56,356 bases of DNA, from positions 1-56,356 of the forward strand of contig JBJHAV010000001.1 in NCBI GenBank assembly GCA_050480685.1, in the 5' to 3' direction. Positions 18,337 to 27,413 of the stretch are shown here, piece by piece. The stretch comes from Planctomycetaceae bacterium. Lineage in GTDB: Bacteria > Planctomycetota > UBA1135 > GCA-002686595. The notes under the pieces are model-generated. The model saw only the letters and a list, made by a program, of their open reading frames with translations, did not search any database and was not told the origin of the DNA. Each line of letters opens with the position of its first letter. Positions within the stretch are counted from its first letter, which is position 1. The position numbers were made by a program, and so were the translations under genes.

Positions 18337-20084
18337 TGGGCAAAGACTCCAACGGCTAGGCCGTACTCTTGGTCGCGCAGGGTGGCCTCCACGGAGCTGG
18401 AGAGGCTCAGCCGCAGGGTCGGGCGCCACACCAGACCGGCGCGCACACGGTGTTGCTGAAACTCATCGCTCTCCGATGGGAAGCCCTTTTGGCGTTGGTG
18501 GGCGTACTCGTATCCGAAGTCGCTGAAGATCCGTTCCCCACCGAACTGAAGGGACTGGCGCGCGCCAAGCACTTCGGTGAAGGCCCCATCCACAGCAAAA
18601 ACGCTGGTGTTCGATGCGGAGCCGGTCCCGAAGAGCCCATCCAGTCGGAAGCCGACCTCCACGTCCCCCCCCTCTTGGCGCACATCCTTCCAGAGCCCCA
18701 GGCGGCCGAAGACACGGCCTTCCTCCACCAGATCGGCCCACAGCTCGGCGCCAACGCGGTCGAGACGCTCCTTGGCGAGTTGCTCGGGAAGAACTTCGGG
18801 ATAAAACTCCTTGCGGTCGAGTTCGGGGAACTCAAGGTGCACGTAGTCGAGGGCCAAGCCCCAGCGCCCGTCGAATTCCCGATTGGCGTTCACGAACGCT
18901 TGGGTCAGGCCCAGGCCCGGCCCACGTTCTTCGTCGCCGCTCGTGTACCAGTCCACCCAAGCCGTGGCGAACCCGCGCCAACCATCCCGCGGCAGGTAGT
19001 GCGCCGCGAGCACGAAGAGATCCCGGTCGGCAGCGCCGTCGTTCCACGTCTTTTGATAGCCGGCCCGCGCGGCCAACCACTCGCTAGGATCCGCGACCCA
19101 CTGGTACCAGAGCCCCACCTGGAAGTCGCGCCCGCTGGTGAACTCCTGGTCCGGTAGGGGCATCCAACCCATGCTCGCGCCAAAGCGGTGACCCTCCTCG
19201 CGTCGGAAGCTCCACTCGCCCCCGTCCAACACCCCGAACTCCGGCATACCGGATTGCAGGAAGCGTCCCGCTTGCCATCCGGCGGGATCGAAGCGTGTCC
19301 CGCCCTCGCGATAACTGAAACGCTCGACCCGCAACCTGGAGCTCGAAAGATCGTCCTGCTCCACCCTGCGCGTGGCCCGCTGGTCCCATTCGACGGCCGC
19401 GTGGAGTTCGCCCCCCCGACGCCCGAGGTTGTGATAGCGCAGTTCGCCGCCCGCACGCAGGAAGCGATCCCTGCGCGAATCGTCGTCCGTCACGATTAGA
19501 TCCGCGCCCACGAACAATCGCCCGCTCATGAAGGGTGTGCGCTCCGATGGATGCACCCCGCGCAAGCCGGCGAGCAGGGGGCGATCTTGGCTCCAGTCAT
19601 CCGCTTCACGGGACCAGGCCGAGGGAGGACGCGTTTCGATGTCCCGCTCCTCCGGAGATTCCCGCGGCTCTTCGTGCGCTTCGTCGGGCCTAAAACGAGC
19701 GGCCGGAACACTCAGACTTCCGCGCGTGCCCGCCGCCCAGGAGCGACCCGGCTCCACCGGTTCCACGAGCGCCGAGCGCAGCTCGACCTCCACGACCCTC
19801 GCCAAAAACGCGACACCATCACGGGGCTGGAAGCGCACCAAGTCGCCGGGCTCCAAGCCATCCGCCGCGCCGCGATCCACGCGAGCACGGCCGCTCTCCA
19901 GGACGCCGACCACACGCATCTCCACGCGCACGTCCTGTGCGGTGGCCGCCTGGAGCACCTCCCCCTGGTCGGCGCCTTCCTGCTCAGATCCGTCTTCCGA
20001 AAGTCCCCGGGCGATCGCACGGTGATTCGGGGCGAACGCGGCAAGCGCGATCACCAATGCCGCACCGGCCAGGGAACCCCTCAT
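18324..20084 (-). CDS. Putative outer-membrane beta-barrel protein with an N-terminal soluble domain (porin-like partner of the cytochromes)
   Basis: Signal MRGSLAGAALVIALAAFA. Long stretches of alternating hydrophobic/polar residues rich in aromatics. C-terminal beta-signal-like ...LAVGVFAQWTF ending in Phe. ATGA overlap with the upstream cytochrome gene. Confidence 0.65.
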   Translation of the reverse strand: MRGSLAGAALVIALAAFAPNHRAIARGLSEDGSEQEGADQGEVLQAATAQDVRVEMRVVGVLESGRARVDRGAADGLEPGDLVRFQPRDGVAFLARVVEVELRSALVEPVEPGRSWAAGTRGSLSVPAARFRPDEAHEEPRESPEERDIETRPPSAWSREADDWSQDRPLLAGLRGVHPSERTPFMSGRLFVGADLIVTDDDSRRDRFLRAGGELRYHNLGRRGGELHAAVEWDQRATRRVEQDDLSSSRLRVERFSYREGGTRFDPAGWQAGRFLQSGMPEFGVLDGGEWSFRREEGHRFGASMGWMPLPDQEFTSGRDFQVGLWYQWVADPSEWLAARAGYQKTWNDGAADRDLFVLAAHYLPRDGWRGFATAWVDWYTSGDEERGPGLGLTQAFVNANREFDGRWGLALDYVHLEFPELDRKEFYPEVLPEQLAKERLDRVGAELWADLVEEGRVFGRLGLWKDVRQEGGDVEVGFRLDGLFGTGSASNTSVFAVDGAFTEVLGARQSLQFGGERIFSDFGYEYAHQRQKGFPSESDEFQQHRVRAGLVWRPTLRLSLSSSVEATLRDQEYGLAVGVFAQWTF

Positions 20085-22243
20085 CTCCCTCCTCCGAAGC
20101 GGCGCAGGGACCCCGAACCGACACCGTGGCAATCGGTGCATGCGCTCCCCAGGGGCTTGTAGCGGATCGTTTCTCGACCGGAGATCACGGTCGGCATGTG
20201 GCAAGCACTGCAGTCGAGCTCGCGGTGCGCCCCATCGAGCCGAAAGCGGGAGTCCCAGTCGTGATCGAAGGTGAGACTCGCGAAGTCCCGCGCCGCATCG
20301 TGGCAACGGGCACAGTCGGCCGCGCGAGGTGCACCACCGGGTGTCAGCGGCTCCCGAGCAAACTGCCCCAGGTGGGGATCAACGTGGCAGTCGGCGCAGG
20401 CATTGCCCCGCGGCGGACCCAAGCTGAGCTCACCCCGTTCGACACCCGCCAGGGGCGTGTGGCAATCGGTGCAACTGGCTTGGGCGTGGGCTCCGACCAG
20501 CGCAAAACCTGTCCACAGAGCGTGATCGAAGCCGTGGGGCAGCTCCCGGAAACTGGTTTCCCCGTGGCAGCGGGCGCACCCTTCTCGGTCGAAGAAGCGC
20601 GTCGGCAGATGGGGTCCGTCGAAGCGCCCCCCATGGGGATCGGTGTGGCACACGGCGCAGCTCTGCCCCACCTCCGCTCCACCGTGCATGGCGGGCAGGG
20701 CGCCAAATCGCTGGGCAACACGACCGAATCGGCGTCGGGCCGTGTCCGGCTCCGACTTGGGTGTGTGGCACGCAAAACAACCCTCTTGTTCGTGCGCCCC
20801 CGTCAGGGGAAAACCGGTCCAGTGCCCATGGTCAAAACGTCCATGGGGTACCTCGGAGAAACGCGTCGGGTCATGGCACTCGGCGCACGCACCCTGCGGA
20901 GCTCGCATCTCGCTCGAAATCTCGGCCAACCGACCATCGAAAAAACCGCTGTGGGCGTCCGCGTGGCAGTCCGCGCATTGGTTGGAGGTGCCGCGAAACC
21001 GCCTCGGAAGATCCGCGTGCGCCTGCTGATGGCACGCCTCACAGGACACCGCCAGATGACTGTCACTGAGCGGCATCGTGGTTCGCCCATGGTGCTCGAC
21101 ACCGAATAGGTGCGGCGCGAAGTGTGTGGTCGCGTGGCAGCCGACACAGCCTTCTTGGGCAAAGGGTCCCGTCGCGAACTGCCCCCCGTGGGGGTCCCCA
21201 TGGCAATCGATGCACGCGAGCTGCTGACGCCCCGGATGGCGTGCAGCAAAGTCCTCGAGCTGGGGATCGTGGCATGCGGAGCAGTCCAGCCGATCGTGGG
21301 GCGCCTCCAAGCGGAAACCTCCCAAAGCATGCAGGTCCGGATCGAGGGTCAGATTGGGATCGCGAAAGCTCGTGTGCGCGTGCTCGTGACAGGCGGCGCA
21401 GCTTGCTTCCAGGGAAAGCCCGAAGCGACGCGCGGCGCCAGAACCAAAGGGCAAGCCGTGGGGGGAATCATGGCAGTCGAGGCAGTTCCTCATCTCCGGC
21501 CCGCGGCCGCCGGGTCTCTGCCGCTCTAGAGCGTGTTTGGTGTTTTCCCCGTGACAGACACGACAGTTGAGCTCCGCGTGGCCACCGATCAGAGGAAGGT
21601 GGCGTTCATGCCCGAGGCTATGCGGTCGATCAAAACCGTGTTGATCGTGGCACTCGGTGCACGAGCGCTGCATGGCTCCTGCGTGGGGATCCTCGTGACA
21701 GGAAGCGCAGTTTGCTTCCAAGCCGAAGAACCTGTGGGATCCGTGGGGCAGCACATCCACGTGCGCATTGGCATGGCAAGCGCTGCAGTCCAGCTCCAGG
21801 TGGCGGCCTTCCATGTGGAAGCCGAGCCGGGAGTGATCGAATTGTGAGGGATCGGGCACCCCAGCCTTGGCAAAACTGAGGCGATTGACCGGGGTGAACC
21901 CGGTTCCATGGTGTTCTCCATGGCATTCCGCACAATCCTTGGCCCGGGCCCCGAGCAGGCCGTGCAGCCCTCTCCCGGTCTCGATGTGCTCCGCGACCGC
22001 GCCGTGGCAATCGAGGCAAGCCGAAGCCATGCTTTGGAACCAGCCCCCGTGGCATGCGCTGCAACTGTTCGGGCCGGCGAGTTCGGGAATGCTTCCGTGC
22101 ACCGCGGACAGGGGCCCCGGTGGAGTGCGCTCCACCTGCACCAGCGCCATGACCACCACCAGGGTTGCGCTGGCCACGGCAACCCAGAGCCCCGTGCGCG
22201 CCGACGGCAATCCGCTTCCCCGGATCTCTCCTTCGATCTTCAC
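20081..22243 (-). CDS. Giant multihaem c-type cytochrome (23 CxxCH) with an N-terminal membrane anchor
   Basis: I count 23 CxxCH motifs. Recurring module FDHxxxxxFxLxGAHxxxxCxxCH. GTG at 22243 gives a GTGA overlap with the upstream stop, followed by the anchor helix LWVAVASATLVVVMALV. The ORF-track start at 22351 would overlap the upstream gene by 112 nt. Confidence 0.85.
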   Translation of the reverse strand: MKIEGEIRGSGLPSARTGLWVAVASATLVVVMALVQVERTPPGPLSAVHGSIPELAGPNSCSACHGGWFQSMASACLDCHGAVAEHIETGRGLHGLLGARAKDCAECHGEHHGTGFTPVNRLSFAKAGVPDPSQFDHSRLGFHMEGRHLELDCSACHANAHVDVLPHGSHRFFGLEANCASCHEDPHAGAMQRSCTECHDQHGFDRPHSLGHERHLPLIGGHAELNCRVCHGENTKHALERQRPGGRGPEMRNCLDCHDSPHGLPFGSGAARRFGLSLEASCAACHEHAHTSFRDPNLTLDPDLHALGGFRLEAPHDRLDCSACHDPQLEDFAARHPGRQQLACIDCHGDPHGGQFATGPFAQEGCVGCHATTHFAPHLFGVEHHGRTTMPLSDSHLAVSCEACHQQAHADLPRRFRGTSNQCADCHADAHSGFFDGRLAEISSEMRAPQGACAECHDPTRFSEVPHGRFDHGHWTGFPLTGAHEQEGCFACHTPKSEPDTARRRFGRVAQRFGALPAMHGGAEVGQSCAVCHTDPHGGRFDGPHLPTRFFDREGCARCHGETSFRELPHGFDHALWTGFALVGAHAQASCTDCHTPLAGVERGELSLGPPRGNACADCHVDPHLGQFAREPLTPGGAPRAADCARCHDAARDFASLTFDHDWDSRFRLDGAHRELDCSACHMPTVISGRETIRYKPLGSACTDCHGVGSGSLRRFGGGR

Positions 22244-24531
22244 AGGGCGCCTACCGTCAACCGCACGGATCCGTAGATCCATGCGTAGGCCACGTGGAAA
22301 GCGGTCAAGAGGATCAGCAGGAGCGCGCCCCAGCGGTGCAACCACCGCCACCCGGAGGCGAGGGCACGCAGATCCTCATAGTGGGAGGAAACCAGCGCCG
22401 CGCGGTGAACACCCCGCGCCAAACGTCCCAACTCGGCCAACTGGTCTTGCGCCATTCCCGACGCGCGTGCGCGCCCGTGCAGGGCCCTCAGGAAGCGCAG
22501 CAGCGACCACTCGGATGCAACAAGTGCAATGAGCCGCGTGGGGAGGCTGGCACCCCAGCGCCGCTGCTCTACCAAGTGCGCCACCTGCTCGCGAATCTCT
22601 TGCGCCAGCCTCGGATCGACACGTTCGAAGCCAGCGGTCCAACGGGCTACACGCTCCCGCGATTCGGCCAACTCCAATTCGCGTCCGCCGGCGGCACGGG
22701 GCACACGGGCGTACAAATAGCGCCCGATCACCCCTGTGACGACCAGGGCCACCAAAACCCAGAGCGCTTGCCCGCCCAGGGTTCCGCGCACCTCCATGCC
22801 TCCATGCAGCAGCACAAGAGGCAGCGCGAGCAACCCCGTGGCCACGTGCACGTCCATCCAGGTGCGCAGCGAGGCGAACCGCACCTTCCACCACTGGCGG
22901 CGGCGCAGCAGGTACGCGAGGTTCAAGGCCAGTGCCAGCGCGGCCGCGAGGCCGAACCACAGACCCCACCCCTGCCCGGGCCTCAGGCGGCCGTGATCCA
23001 AGTGCGTTGCCCGGCCGGCCCGATCCAGGAAGTAGTAGTCCCCATGCCAAAGTGCGAAGCACAGGGCCGCCAGAGCGCCACCCAACGCTACGGAGAGCCC
23101 TAGGGTCAGCCCACGTCGCTGGGTTTCCTGGTCGGCGGCTAGCGCACGGTCGGCCGGATCGAAGGAAACACCGCAGCGCTCGAGCAACGCCTTGGGGGCT
23201 TCACCGCCCGCTTGGATGAAGACCAGGTCGTTCGCGATGCGATCGCTCGTCGAGTCGGCCGCACCCTCATCGACCTCGACCGGACCCAGAAGCACATGAT
23301 CCGCGCCGATGGATCGAACCCGCGTGCCCAAACGCGCTTCGATTCGGCCCGCTTCCAGCGCCTGTTCGAACCGTCGCTGATTTTTTGCTTTGGCGCGCAG
23401 GAGCGCACCCTGGCGGTAGCTCAGCGTTACGCGATTGCCCGGCTGTTCGGCCAAAGCCAGGGCCGTCTCGACCGCGCTGTCGCCCCCGCCGACCACCAGG
23501 ATCCGCTTGCCCCGGTGCGACTCGGCATCGAGCAGGCCGTAGGCCACCTTGGGCAGTTCCTCCCCGGGAACACCCAGACGATTGGGGGCACCCCTGCGCC
23601 CGAGCGCCAAACAGATCTGCCACGCCTTCCACTCACCCCGGCTCGTGCGCACCGTCCAGGTTCCATCCGCAGCCTGCTCGGCGCCCTGGAACTCCACTCC
23701 GCAGGTGATCGGCAGATGATGATCCGAGGCAGCTTTGCCCCAGAGTTCCATCAACTCCTCCTTGGAGTAGCTGTGACGCCCCAGCCTCCCTACAAGCGGA
23801 AGTTCGATCGGCTGGGTCAGAACGAGCTTGGCCCGCGGATAACGCGCAACGGTGCCCCCTAGGCCGGCCTCACGCTCCAAAACAGCGAAGTCCAGCCCTT
23901 GGCGCCGGGCTTCGAGGGCCGCCGCCAGACCCGCGGGGCCGGCCCCGACGATGACAAGATCGAGCACACCGGATCGCGCCGTCCGCCCGCGCGCTGCCTG
24001 GGCCGCCCGGCGAGCCACGGCAGTTCCGTGGTCGACCGCCGTCTTGACCAGCGCCTGGGCCGTCACTTCGCCGGCCAGGAACAATCCCGGTCGCCGTACC
24101 GCTTCGAGGGTCTCATCGATCGCCGGGATGTCCGTGCGGGCCTCCACATCGGAAAGCCCTAGGCGGATGGCCCCCGTGGGGCATTCCCGTGCGCATGCAC
24201 CGGTTCCGACGCAACCGGCACCCCGCACCAGGGAGGCTTGGCCGTGCAGCATCGCCAAGACTTCGTCCTCTGGACAAGCGCGCACGCACGCGCCGCAGCC
24301 CATGCACTTGTCGAGGTCGATCGTCGGGTGCCGCAGGGGTGCGCGGTCGGCTCCGACGGAGCGCACACGTTCGCGCCAATGCAGCAGCCGCTTGAGTTCG
24401 CTGCGACCTTCCCGGCGCAGAACGAACGACAGCACGGCCAAGGCGAGGGTCGAAAGCGCCCCTGTTAGCAGGGCCCAACTCACGGCTGCCTCTCCCCGAA
24501 GGTGCCTAATGCGCGCCTTCTTCCGCGGCAC
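22240..24531 (-). CDS. Fusion protein: N-terminal TM helix, ferredoxin-like FeS domain, FAD/NAD(P)H pyridine-nucleotide-disulfide-oxidoreductase-like domain, and a C-terminal 5-TM domain with two bis-His pairs
   Basis: CMGCGACVRACP and CVGTGACARECP. DLVIVGAGPAGLAAA and ILVVGGGDSAVETA dinucleotide folds. C-terminal helices carry H562/H576 and H732/H746, each pair 14 residues apart. GTG start at 24531. Confidence 0.8.
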   Translation of the reverse strand: MPRKKARIRHLRGEAAVSWALLTGALSTLALAVLSFVLRREGRSELKRLLHWRERVRSVGADRAPLRHPTIDLDKCMGCGACVRACPEDEVLAMLHGQASLVRGAGCVGTGACARECPTGAIRLGLSDVEARTDIPAIDETLEAVRRPGLFLAGEVTAQALVKTAVDHGTAVARRAAQAARGRTARSGVLDLVIVGAGPAGLAAALEARRQGLDFAVLEREAGLGGTVARYPRAKLVLTQPIELPLVGRLGRHSYSKEELMELWGKAASDHHLPITCGVEFQGAEQAADGTWTVRTSRGEWKAWQICLALGRRGAPNRLGVPGEELPKVAYGLLDAESHRGKRILVVGGGDSAVETALALAEQPGNRVTLSYRQGALLRAKAKNQRRFEQALEAGRIEARLGTRVRSIGADHVLLGPVEVDEGAADSTSDRIANDLVFIQAGGEAPKALLERCGVSFDPADRALAADQETQRRGLTLGLSVALGGALAALCFALWHGDYYFLDRAGRATHLDHGRLRPGQGWGLWFGLAAALALALNLAYLLRRRQWWKVRFASLRTWMDVHVATGLLALPLVLLHGGMEVRGTLGGQALWVLVALVVTGVIGRYLYARVPRAAGGRELELAESRERVARWTAGFERVDPRLAQEIREQVAHLVEQRRWGASLPTRLIALVASEWSLLRFLRALHGRARASGMAQDQLAELGRLARGVHRAALVSSHYEDLRALASGWRWLHRWGALLLILLTAFHVAYAWIYGSVRLTVGAL

Positions 24532-24618
24532 CGCGTGTTATGGGTTTCCAGGACCTTGGGGAGTGGTCCTGGAATCCTCTGGCGCTCGAGCCTCCCCATG
24601 AGCGTGCCCTCCCCGGGC

Positions 24619-25311
24619 TCAGCGCGGCTCGCTGATGCGGGCCGTGGTCTGCACCCGCCCGATCGGTGCGGCACTTTGCACGTAGTCGCGACCGGCTTTG
24701 TGAAGCCGATCGATCCGCCGCGCGAGTTCGGTCAAGCCGATGCGCAGGGTGTCGATCTGCGGCTCCAGGGCCGTCACCGAGGACACGCTCAGATCATTGG
24801 CCAGATAGCGTGTGTAGTCGAGCAGCAGGTTGTTGAAGGCGTCCAGAGCCTCCTGTACGGGTCCGATGGCCGCTACGACTGCCTGATACTGGGCTTGGGT
24901 CATGCTGCGCCGCTGCCGAGCCTGCGTCGCTAGGCCCGGATCGCTGATCGCATCGATGTCGGCTTGCCAAGAGTCGAACACCGCTGCGGCCGAGGACTCC
25001 ATCGGTCCCAGCCCGGCGCGAAACCGGTCCGCTTGGGCCTGGCTGCGCTGCACCGAGGCGCGGAACGACTCGTAGGCCTTGTGGGCGTCTCCTTGCAGTT
25101 CTTGCCGCACGATCGATCGCAGCACATCGACGGCATCGCGGGCTCGGCCCTGGGCCACGTCGGCATCCAAGTGCATGCGTTCGACGCGGCCGACCAGGCC
25201 ATCCACTTGTTGGATGCCGGCTGCCTGCTGCGGCCCCTGGCAAGCGACGAGCAACGTGCCGACCGCCGCGGCGAGGACCCAACGGGTGAAAGACGTTTTC
25301 ATGGGGTTCAT
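24619..25311 (-). CDS. Coiled-coil lipoprotein, DUF2959-like
   Basis: Lipobox LLVAC. The helical, Gln/Ala/Arg-rich sequence resembles the DUF2959 family as I remember it. That family assignment is unverified. Confidence 0.55.
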   Translation of the reverse strand: MNPMKTSFTRWVLAAAVGTLLVACQGPQQAAGIQQVDGLVGRVERMHLDADVAQGRARDAVDVLRSIVRQELQGDAHKAYESFRASVQRSQAQADRFRAGLGPMESSAAAVFDSWQADIDAISDPGLATQARQRRSMTQAQYQAVVAAIGPVQEALDAFNNLLLDYTRYLANDLSVSSVTALEPQIDTLRIGLTELARRIDRLHKAGRDYVQSAAPIGRVQTTARISEPR

Positions 25312-25346
25312 TCGTGTGTCTAGATGGAACGGATCCGCGTGCGGCC

Positions 25347-27413
25347 TTATGCGGCTTCACGCGGTGAGGAATCGACAGCGAGTGTGGTCACCGCCTCCGG
25401 GCTGCCTTCGGATCGTGTTCGACTTGCGCGCCAGGCCAGGTAGGGACCGAGGCCGCACACACTCCACTGGAGCAGGTAGTAGGTCCACAGGGCCCCGTGA
25501 ACGCCGCTGGTGAAGCCGTAGCTGTGCAATCCGACGCCCAGCAAGTTCGTGCCCCACCAGGAGAAGGCCACGATGGTGCCCGTGAAAGCGGCACAGGCGG
25601 CAATGCCCACTTCACGCAGCAGACCCGAGGCCTTGCCGTGCAGAATCGCCAGCAAACCGATGCAAATCAGCAGGGCGCCGTTCTCCTTCGGATCCCAGCC
25701 CCAGAAACGCCCCCAGGAGTCGTTGGCCCAGATGCCTCCCAGGATGGTGCCCACCAGGGAGAAGATCAGTCCGAAGGCCACCGCGCCGTAGGTCATGCGC
25801 GTCAGGGCGCGGCGTCGATCGCGGGGCATGCGATCCCCGCGCACCACCCGCCAGATCAAGTAGACGCTGCCGAGGAACGCGGCGAACAGGGCCGCCGCAT
25901 AACCGATCACGATCGTGGTGACGTGGGTTGCCAACCAGAAGTTGGTGTCCAGCACGGCCACCAGACTTGGCATCGTGTCGCGCCGCTCCAGCGTTTCGTA
26001 GCCGTTTGCCAGAAACAGGCCCACGACTCCCAATCCCACGGCGAGCGCGCCCGAAATGCGCCTGCGATCGATCCACTCGATGACGAGGCCGAGGGCGACG
26101 CCGCAGGCCGTCACGAAGAGGACGGTCTCGTAGAGTGTGCTGACGGGGGGACGTTCGCGGATGATGCAGCGCAGAACGATCGCAAACGTCAGCAGCACGA
26201 GGCCCACGGTGGCAAGTCCCGTCGCCGCCGTTTGGGCAAAACGCGCCGCCGGCCGCAGCCAGGTCCAGACCGTGGCGGTGAAGGCCAGCAGGAAGGCCAC
26301 CAGGCTCCAATGCAGCGGCTTGAGGCGGTAGTAGCGGATCTCTAAATCCAATCGACGGGTTTCGCCCCGCGCCGCCGCCAGGGGTTCGGTTTGAGCCAGC
26401 AGTGCGCCCAGTGCGGCCTCGACCCGTGCCGGATCCCAGGGCCCGGCGGTAGCGCGCGCCAGGCCTTCCAAGGCTTCAAGGGAGGCAAACTCCGCCGCGC
26501 TCGCGCGCCGGCCGCCAAGTCCCGCGTGTAGCCATTCTCCGGGTGTCCACCAGTCCGGTTGCGCTGTGACCGGCTCCGCCGGCGGCAACACGGCGAGCCG
26601 CGTGGAGGCCCGACCTAGGTCCGACGCCAGTCGCAACACGCCGTCGAGGCGTGTGACCGACTCCCGATCGAGGGGGTCGCTGCTCGCCCCCCAACTCCGA
26701 TAGTGGGCCGCGACCTCGGGGCCGCGGGCGACCAACTGCGAGTAGCGGATCGAGTTCGCCCCCCCGAAGAGGGTCCGCACACTGCCGTCCGCCGGCAGGG
26801 GCAACTCGAGCTGCGCGAAGTCCAGGAAACCCGCCAAACCGAGGAACAGGTCGACCGCCTCGGCCAACTGCACCACCTGGTGCTGCAGGGAACTGCGTTG
26901 CCCGGCCGGGATCGGCGCCCACTGGTGCGCCAACTCGAAGAGTTTGGAAACGCCCGGTTGGAGCTCGTCGAACGTGTAGCGATCGCGCCGCTTCTTGATT
27001 CGCACGTCCAGTCCCAGGGCGTGCACGGCCGCCGAGTCTTGCACCTGGAAGCTGGGATAGGTCGCTGCCCGCGCCGGATCGGTCAGCACGTCGAGCAACC
27101 ACGCCGTGGCGCCGAGGGTTTCACCGTCGGGTGTCGTCACGGTGCGCCTTCCGTTCAGGCGCAGCAGGGTGAAGGAGGCGTAGGTCGAAAGCGGCTTGAC
27201 ACGACCTCCATCCTGGACAGGCAGACGCCCTGCGAGTTCCAGTGCCCGCTTCGACCACGGAGCCGTGCGCACGTCGCCCTGCACTTGTCCGTGGGCTTGG
27301 GCGAATTCGTGCGCGTGCACGCCGTGCTGTGCATTGGCGACTCCCGCGAAGGCGCTGGGAATGCCCCAGGTGGCGATCAGTACCAGGGCGGCCGCGAGCA
27401 AGCGATGCCTCAT
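25347..27413 (-). CDS. ccsA: Cytochrome c biogenesis System II protein CcsA/ResC with a ~340-aa N-terminal periplasmic extension
   Basis: WWD/Trp-rich motif WANDSWGRFWGWDPKENGALL, multiple TM helices in the C-terminal half, and a signal peptide at the N-terminus. ATGA overlap with resB. Confidence 0.85.
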   Translation of the reverse strand: MRHRLLAAALVLIATWGIPSAFAGVANAQHGVHAHEFAQAHGQVQGDVRTAPWSKRALELAGRLPVQDGGRVKPLSTYASFTLLRLNGRRTVTTPDGETLGATAWLLDVLTDPARAATYPSFQVQDSAAVHALGLDVRIKKRRDRYTFDELQPGVSKLFELAHQWAPIPAGQRSSLQHQVVQLAEAVDLFLGLAGFLDFAQLELPLPADGSVRTLFGGANSIRYSQLVARGPEVAAHYRSWGASSDPLDRESVTRLDGVLRLASDLGRASTRLAVLPPAEPVTAQPDWWTPGEWLHAGLGGRRASAAEFASLEALEGLARATAGPWDPARVEAALGALLAQTEPLAAARGETRRLDLEIRYYRLKPLHWSLVAFLLAFTATVWTWLRPAARFAQTAATGLATVGLVLLTFAIVLRCIIRERPPVSTLYETVLFVTACGVALGLVIEWIDRRRISGALAVGLGVVGLFLANGYETLERRDTMPSLVAVLDTNFWLATHVTTIVIGYAAALFAAFLGSVYLIWRVVRGDRMPRDRRRALTRMTYGAVAFGLIFSLVGTILGGIWANDSWGRFWGWDPKENGALLICIGLLAILHGKASGLLREVGIAACAAFTGTIVAFSWWGTNLLGVGLHSYGFTSGVHGALWTYYLLQWSVCGLGPYLAWRASRTRSEGSPEAVTTLAVDSSPREAA

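Noticed and set aside
20081-22243. Possibility that the 23-haem gene is an assembly collapse or expansion of a shorter repeat
   Set aside because: The repeats are visible only at protein-motif level. I saw no long nucleotide-identical repeats, so assembly artefact seems unlikely.
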